This document shows, in pieces, positions 20,881 through 24,706 of a stretch of DNA of 24,706 bases (positions within the stretch are counted from its first letter, which is position 1; the number at the start of each line of letters is the position of its first letter). Location: positions 1-24,706 of IMG/VR virus record IMGVR_UViG_3300045988_008368; one strand, 5' to 3'. A program made the position numbers and the translations under genes. This DNA comes from a virus. The notes beneath the pieces are model-generated. The model was given only the letters and a program-made list of their open reading frames with translations, was not told where the DNA came from and searched no databases.

Positions 20881-21774
20881 TTACTTGTAGTAATCGCAAA
20901 GTAATTCTACACATTTTCTTTTTAATTCCATTTGAGGATGAACGTAGATATTCATAGTGATCGAAACATTGGAATGGCCAAGTAATTCACTAAGTGATTT
21001 ATAATCACAACCACATTCAATGCATCTTGTTGCAAATGTGTGTCTTAATGCATGGAATTTGAGGTGTGGAAGTTCAAGGTCTTTAAGTAGTCGATTGTAG
21101 TAAAGCCTGTATTTATTAGGCTCTATCGGTTTATCTCGATTCGTTAATACATAGTTATCTGCATCACCTTGAAGCAATATAGCATAATGCATTATCCAAG
21201 CGTTAAGAGGAATCATACGAGTGCTAGAACGTGATTTAGGCGGTGTTATTGAAAGATGACTACCGTCTTCTTTTGTGTATGTACGTATCATGGTTTTATC
21301 TATTTTTAACAATTTGGTTTGAATGTTTATATCAGACCATTTCAAAGCGCATAGTTCACCTATGCGTATTCCAGTGTGGATGCATAACAGGATTCCAAAG
21401 TTTTTGTAATTAATCTCAGATTGGAGGTGATTAATCAATGAGATTTGATTTTCTTTTTCAAAAATTTCTACCGCCGTAGGAGGATGGTATGGAAGTTGAA
21501 TATCGATTTTAAATGGAAGTGTGAACTTCAGAATTTGAATAATGTCTTTGGCATATTTAAAAGAAATGCCACCTTTTCCATCTTTACGACCATTTTCAAG
21601 TTTTTGAAGAATAAACTCTTGCAGAATATCGTTATTCAATTCTTCAATTTTATATGTGCCAAGTGTTGGCAATACGTGATTATGAATCACATTACAATAA
21701 TTTGTGTAAGTGCTGTATTTTAGATAGATTTTCTTTTCTTTTAACCAAGAATGTAATTTGTCAGAATATAGCAT
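20881..21774 (-). CDS. Tyrosine site-specific recombinase (small XerC/D- or Rci-like); candidate invertase of the fibre-tip segment
   Basis: 297 aa with a GAGGT RBS. The catalytic pattern is present: HTGIRIGELCAL (Arg I), HALRHTFATR (H-x-x-R), LLGHSNVSITMNIYVH (His/Tyr). It is the only long minus-strand gene in an otherwise + strand late region, and it sits 4 nt from cassette C rather than in a lysogeny module. Confidence 0.85.
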   Translation of the reverse strand: MLYSDKLHSWLKEKKIYLKYSTYTNYCNVIHNHVLPTLGTYKIEELNNDILQEFILQKLENGRKDGKGGISFKYAKDIIQILKFTLPFKIDIQLPYHPPTAVEIFEKENQISLINHLQSEINYKNFGILLCIHTGIRIGELCALKWSDINIQTKLLKIDKTMIRTYTKEDGSHLSITPPKSRSSTRMIPLNAWIMHYAILLQGDADNYVLTNRDKPIEPNKYRLYYNRLLKDLELPHLKFHALRHTFATRCIECGCDYKSLSELLGHSNVSITMNIYVHPQMELKRKCVELLCDYYK

Positions 21775-21817
21775 TTTTGTTTACCTCGCTTTTTTTATAT
21801 TAATAGGAGGATTTTAA

Positions 21818-22066
21818 ATGGTTAAAACACATGAAATCAATTTAAATACTAAATTATGGAATTTTTTCCAAGAACACGATTTTATTATTCTTGATTTGAC
21901 TGATGAGCAAATCAATGAACAAGATTATGTGTTATTTAAACAAGTATCGTTAGACGAAGGAAAAGAAATGGATACTGGTTTATTTAGAATGACACAGATT
22001 CGCAGCATCACTACTAACGATGGATTCAAAGAAGGCTATGTGATGTTAAATGTAACTAAATTATAG
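21818..22066 (+). CDS. Small protein, DUF3850 / ASCH(PUA)-like
   Basis: RBS AGGAGG. KTHEINLNTKLWNFF ... DYVLFKQ ... TGLFRMTQIRSI ... GFKEGYVMLNV resembles the HELK ... GD.L.L.E ... TGR ... I ... GL.EGYV.L pattern of DUF3850. Confidence 0.45.
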   Translation: MVKTHEINLNTKLWNFFQEHDFIILDLTDEQINEQDYVLFKQVSLDEGKEMDTGLFRMTQIRSITTNDGFKEGYVMLNVTKL

Positions 22067-22076
22067 GAGGAAAGTT

Positions 22077-22325
22077 ATGGAGTTAAATGAAACAGTAGAG
22101 TTGATGAACTCTGCAGATTACAAAGACAGATTCAAAGGCGAGTATTTTCAAGTAAAGATTCGTCACGACAAATTGAAAGCTATGTGCGAAAAATGGGATG
22201 AAGGAAAGTTGAATTTCAAACCGACTTGTCCAAGAGAAATCTATGATCTTCAATTAGATGCCATGAAAAGATATATGGACATCCTTGTTATTCGTACAAA
22301 GATTGAAAATGTTGAGTTGATCTAG
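22077..22325 (+). CDS. Small conserved helical phage protein (function unknown)
   Basis: RBS AGGAGG. 82 aa. DRFKGEYFQVKIRHDKLKAMCEKWDEGKLNFKPTCPREIYDLQLDAMKRYMDIL resembles a widespread small phage protein family that I cannot name with certainty. Confidence 0.6.
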   Translation: MELNETVELMNSADYKDRFKGEYFQVKIRHDKLKAMCEKWDEGKLNFKPTCPREIYDLQLDAMKRYMDILVIRTKIENVELI

Positions 22326-22338
22326 GAGGTAACTGTAT

Positions 22339-22563
22339 ATGAATTTTGCATCTGCATTTATATCTATGACACGTGGCCACAAGGTGGCACGTAGTCATTG
22401 GACTGGATATTGGCATATCGTAGATGGAATCATCATGATCCACACAAAAGATGGTGTTGATTTCAAATTAACAGATTCAGACGATATCGTGTATACAATC
22501 AGCAATTGTGCATGTGATGACTGGCACATTGTGGATAATTATGGAGTTAGTAAGGAGAGATAG
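22339..22563 (+). CDS. DUF2829-family protein (Tad2-like, candidate anti-Thoeris signal sponge)
   Basis: RBS AGGAGG. The N-terminus MNFASAFISMTRGHKVARSHWTG and the C-terminus DDWHIVD match the two hallmark blocks of DUF2829 (M.F.eA...l..G.kv.R..W.g ... DW.iv). 74 aa is a typical size. Confidence 0.55.
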   Translation: MNFASAFISMTRGHKVARSHWTGYWHIVDGIIMIHTKDGVDFKLTDSDDIVYTISNCACDDWHIVDNYGVSKER

Positions 22564-22567
22564 AGAT

Positions 22568-22783
22568 ATGGAACAATTAAAAAATGTTAAGTGGTGGAAT
22601 GCAGCTTGCACACGCTGCTTAAAAACAATGTGTCAAACTGCAATCGCGATGATTGGAACATCACAATTGATGGAACAGGTGGATATTAAAGTTGTGGTAT
22701 CAAGCACTGCTTTGGCAGGAATCTTATCGCTTTTGACATCTTTGGCCGGCTTACCAGAAGTTGAAACAACGAAAGAAAATTAA
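22568..22783 (+). CDS. Holin (r1t-like)
   Basis: ATG 22568 has an AAGGAG RBS. The track ORF from 22508 would overlap the preceding gene. TRCLKTMCQTAIAMIG ... STALAGILSLLTSLAGLPE resembles the r1t-type holin pattern (ERAIKTFAQ..IG ... SILTSLA). It has two hydrophobic segments and lies upstream of the endolysin. Confidence 0.65.
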   Translation: MEQLKNVKWWNAACTRCLKTMCQTAIAMIGTSQLMEQVDIKVVVSSTALAGILSLLTSLAGLPEVETTKEN

Positions 22784-22797
22784 TTCGGTGGTCTGCA

Positions 22798-23196
22798 ATG
22801 GATGAAATTATAATTGCAGTCCGCCAATTCTTATTGGTATGCGGAGCAGTCATCACTATCGGTGGCGCTTGGAAGGTTTACAAAGATTTTAAAAAGCCGA
22901 ATGACGACTTAAAAGAAACAGTTAGAAGGCATGAAGAATGGTTGAAACGCGATAATGAACGAATCAAGTCAATCGAAACATTATTGATTGCTCAGGAAGG
23001 TATCAAAGCAGAACTAAATAAGCATTCTCAACTTTTGTCTGAACACGAGCAAAGGCTTGAGGCTGATAAAGAGCGGGGCGATCTGATGTTAAAAGCGAAC
23101 ATGGCCATTCTTGACGGAATGTTATCTGAAGATGATAAAGAAAGCCTGAAGGCTACGCGAAAGGAAATTCAAGACTTTTTAGTCGAAAAAAATTAG
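22798..23196 (+). CDS. Membrane-anchored coiled-coil protein in the lysis cassette (function unknown)
   Basis: N-terminal hydrophobic helix (IIIAVRQFLLVCGAVITIGGAW) followed by a charged heptad-like region. It sits between the holin and the endolysin. Confidence 0.6.
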   Translation: MDEIIIAVRQFLLVCGAVITIGGAWKVYKDFKKPNDDLKETVRRHEEWLKRDNERIKSIETLLIAQEGIKAELNKHSQLLSEHEQRLEADKERGDLMLKANMAILDGMLSEDDKESLKATRKEIQDFLVEKN

Positions 23197-23208
23197 GAGG
23201 CAAAATTT

Positions 23209-23313
23209 ATGGAAGAAAAAGAAGTAAAATTTGAAGAATTATCAGAAGAAGCTCAATTAGAGCTATCAAATGGCAAAGAAGAAGGTGAAGAAGAATGTCA
23301 TATTCAAGCTTAA
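23209..23313 (+). CDS. Possible 34-aa acidic micro-ORF
   Basis: ATG lies 8 nt after a perfect AGGAGG. Product MEEKEVKFEELSEEAQLELSNGKEEGEEECHIQA. It overlaps the endolysin start by 19 nt in another frame and is too short for the ORF track. Confidence 0.35.
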   Translation: MEEKEVKFEELSEEAQLELSNGKEEGEEECHIQA

Positions 23314-24389
23314 CTAATAAATATATTCCTGCTAGTGCAGATAACTATATGTGTGGTCGTGGTGGTTACAAGGTATGTAAAATCACACCTCATCATATGG
23401 CTTGCGAATGGACTGCAGAACGATGCGCTCAGTCGTTCCAAGTAAGCGGACGTAATGCGAGTGCAAACTATTGCATCGGTTCAGATGGTACGATTGTTTC
23501 AAATGTTGACGAAGAAAACAGAGCGTGGACATCATCAAACTACTACAACGATTGCCAATCAATTACAATTGAAATTGCTAATGATAATACAGATACGTGG
23601 ACAATCTCACCAAAAGCTTGGAACGCATTAGTAAATCTATGTGTGGATGTATGTAAACGATATGGATTCAGATTAAATTATACTGGTGACTCAACTGGTA
23701 GTTTAACAGAGCATAGAATGTTCGCAGCAACATCTTGCCCAGGTCCTTATTTACATTCGAAAATGCCTCAATTAGCACAAGAAGTAAATGCTAGATTAGA
23801 TGGTCAAACTGTAGCACCAAGTGCTCCAAGTACTCCAAACACTCCAAGTGGAGAGAAGTATTCAGTCGGTATACCTATCTGCACAAATACATTAAGCGTT
23901 AACTGCTACGGAACTTCTAAAATCTTAAAAGGGGATTGGAACGGTTCAATTGGTAGAGTAATCAAAGGTGCTAAATATCCATATCGTGTTGATCGTAATG
24001 GAGTAGCTATTGGATGGACAAATGACACTGGTATTGATACTGACCCTCATACACCAGTAGGAGCAACAAAATCAAGTAGTGAAGCTATCGACCAAATCTT
24101 GCACGAAGGCAGCTATGTTACTTCTGTACATATGAAAATTGGCAATCAAGGATTGAAGAAAATTGGCGATGACTTATGTTGCTATTTATCAAAACTAGGT
24201 GGTTGGTTTCCAATTCGTTTGGTAGATAAAGTACCAAACTCAGATGGATACAATGACAATGTATTGCATACTACAAATGCAGTAGTCTATGTATCTAGAA
24301 TCAGAGTCGATGCAGTGAATGTTCAAAAGAATATTGTTAAAATTGGCGGTATTTGGGTTGACCCAACACCATTAACAGAAATTGCATAA
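23295..24389 (+). CDS. Endolysin: N-acetylmuramoyl-L-alanine amidase (Amidase_2/PGRP-like) plus Pro/Ser linker plus two C-terminal cell-wall-binding-like modules
   Basis: PHHMAC ... SANYCIGSDG ... ENRAWTSSN ... SITIEIAND ... HRMFAATSCPG is the Amidase_2 zinc-amidase pattern. The linker is APSAPSTPNTPSGE. It is the last gene of the lysis cassette and is followed by a strong terminator. Confidence 0.85.
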   Translation: MSYSSLTNKYIPASADNYMCGRGGYKVCKITPHHMACEWTAERCAQSFQVSGRNASANYCIGSDGTIVSNVDEENRAWTSSNYYNDCQSITIEIANDNTDTWTISPKAWNALVNLCVDVCKRYGFRLNYTGDSTGSLTEHRMFAATSCPGPYLHSKMPQLAQEVNARLDGQTVAPSAPSTPNTPSGEKYSVGIPICTNTLSVNCYGTSKILKGDWNGSIGRVIKGAKYPYRVDRNGVAIGWTNDTGIDTDPHTPVGATKSSSEAIDQILHEGSYVTSVHMKIGNQGLKKIGDDLCCYLSKLGGWFPIRLVDKVPNSDGYNDNVLHTTNAVVYVSRIRVDAVNVQKNIVKIGGIWVDPTPLTEIA

Positions 24390-24398
24390 ATATAATGA

Positions 24399-24428
24399 AG
24401 CCTACGTGTAATGCGTAGGTTCTTTTTT
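24399..24428 (+). terminator. Rho-independent terminator after the endolysin
   Basis: AGCCTACG (24399..24406), 7-nt loop, CGTAGGTT (24414..24421), then C TTTTTT (to 24428). Confidence 0.8.
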
Positions 24429-24563
24429 ATGACTTGAATTTGACTTATTATTTTTTAAAAGTATTAAAAAGTAATATTTTATATGAAACACATACCTTTA
24501 TATAAAGTATAAATCATATGCATAAACAAGGCATACATCTACGAAAAATTTACTAACTAAGCA

Positions 24564-24590
24564 AAATCCCCTTTTATATAAAGGGGATTT
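24564..24590 (-). terminator. Perfect 11-bp hairpin, likely terminator of a convergent minus-strand gene
   Basis: AAATCCCCTTT (24564..24574), loop TATAT, AAAGGGGATTT (24580..24590). On the minus strand it is followed by TTTTGC. It lies 33 nt downstream of the stop of the partial minus-strand ORF. Confidence 0.5.
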
Positions 24591-24623
24591 AATAATTTTA
24601 TGTTGTATTATATTAATTAGGTC

Positions 24624-24704
24624 CTAAAAATTTGAAATTGCGTTCAAAATCGTAAGCGCCAAGTAATATGCTGGATTGAAAATCATTTCAAAAAAATCGA
24701 CAAT
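24624..24704 (-). CDS. Possible 3' end of a minus-strand gene entering from beyond the window (host or cargo)
   Basis: An open frame of 26 codons, ...IVDFFEMIFNPAYYLALTILNAISNF, ends at TAG (24626..24624) in otherwise stop-rich AT-rich DNA, with the hairpin terminator downstream. The evidence is weak because only 26 codons are visible. Confidence 0.3.
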   Translation of the reverse strand: MVDFFEMIFNPAYYLALTILNAISNF

Positions 24705-24706
24705 TA

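Noticed and set aside
20881-21774. The tyrosine recombinase being simply the prophage integrase
   Set aside because: It is small (297 aa) and embedded between tail-fibre and lysis genes rather than next to a lysogeny module or att site. It directly abuts (4 nt) the inverted-repeat-bounded cassette array. This cannot be fully excluded without the rest of the genome, so it is kept as the refutation condition of the main finding.
21777-21806. A sigma-70-like promoter (TTGTTT ... TATTAA/TAATAG) for the accessory and lysis genes
   Set aside because: The spacing and the -10 quality are poor, and the candidate -10 overlaps the RBS, so a transcript from it would lack the Shine-Dalgarno sequence. It is not reported as a feature.
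22508-22567. The longer holin ORF starting at 22508
   Set aside because: It would overlap the DUF2829 gene by 56 nt. ATG 22568 has a proper AAGGAG RBS and gives the family-typical N-terminus.
23209-23313. The micro-ORF as a double-glycine-leader bacteriocin precursor (KFEELSEEAQLELSNG resembles LS..EL..I.GG)
   Set aside because: The register of the conserved leader positions does not fit, and it has NG rather than GG. The would-be core peptide (KEEGEEECHIQA) is short and highly acidic, unlike bacteriocins. No transporter or immunity genes are nearby.
1-24706. A diversity-generating retroelement, CRISPR array, tRNA genes or transposases
   Set aside because: No reverse-transcriptase-like ORF or template/variable repeat pair was seen near the fibre genes. 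There is no regularly spaced direct-repeat array, no cloverleaf-like segment in the few intergenic gaps, and no transposase-like ORF.

Overview
This window is the late (structural plus lysis) half of a siphovirus-type temperate phage or prophage from a low-GC Firmicute, almost all on the + strand. Gene order: terminase large subunit (5' end cut by the window), SPP1-type portal, MuF/gp7 head-morphogenesis protein with an extra C-terminal domain, small ORF, phage-encoded Prp-like cysteine protease, scaffold, major capsid, head-tail joining genes, major tail protein, G/GT tail chaperone with a -1 slippery heptamer, tape measure, Dit, and a very long Tal/tail-fibre gene. That fibre gene is broken twice, by a frameshift in an A8 tract and by an in-frame TAG inside a collagen-like Gly-X-Y repeat. 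After it come a 629-aa receptor-binding fibre, three small accessory genes (one DUF2829/Tad2-like), a holin, a membrane coiled-coil protein and an amidase endolysin. The window ends in AT-rich non-coding DNA with terminators, probably the end of the element. The standout is 19.75-21.77 kb. The last 100 codons of the receptor-binding fibre are followed, with no spacer, by three promoterless paralogous C-terminal cassettes in alternating orientation. Each cassette begins at a copy of a 13-nt core (GTATGTCWTTTAC), and the outer pair of cores forms a perfect 37-bp inverted repeat. A 297-aa tyrosine recombinase gene lies 4 nt beyond the last cassette. I read this as a shufflon-like, multi-inversion host-range switch for the tail-fibre tip, driven by a tyrosine recombinase. 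Second-tier observations: a phage Prp protease together with L27-like (LQ[ML]FA) leaders on the scaffold, capsid and, unusually, the major tail protein; a MuF-fused C-terminal domain with a small partner ORF; and three separate lesions or recoding sites in virion genes. No tRNA, rRNA, CRISPR array or transposase was seen. Family assignments come from motif recognition and synteny only, because no database search was possible. Hand-derived coordinates of sites not in the ORF track may be off by 1-2 nt.
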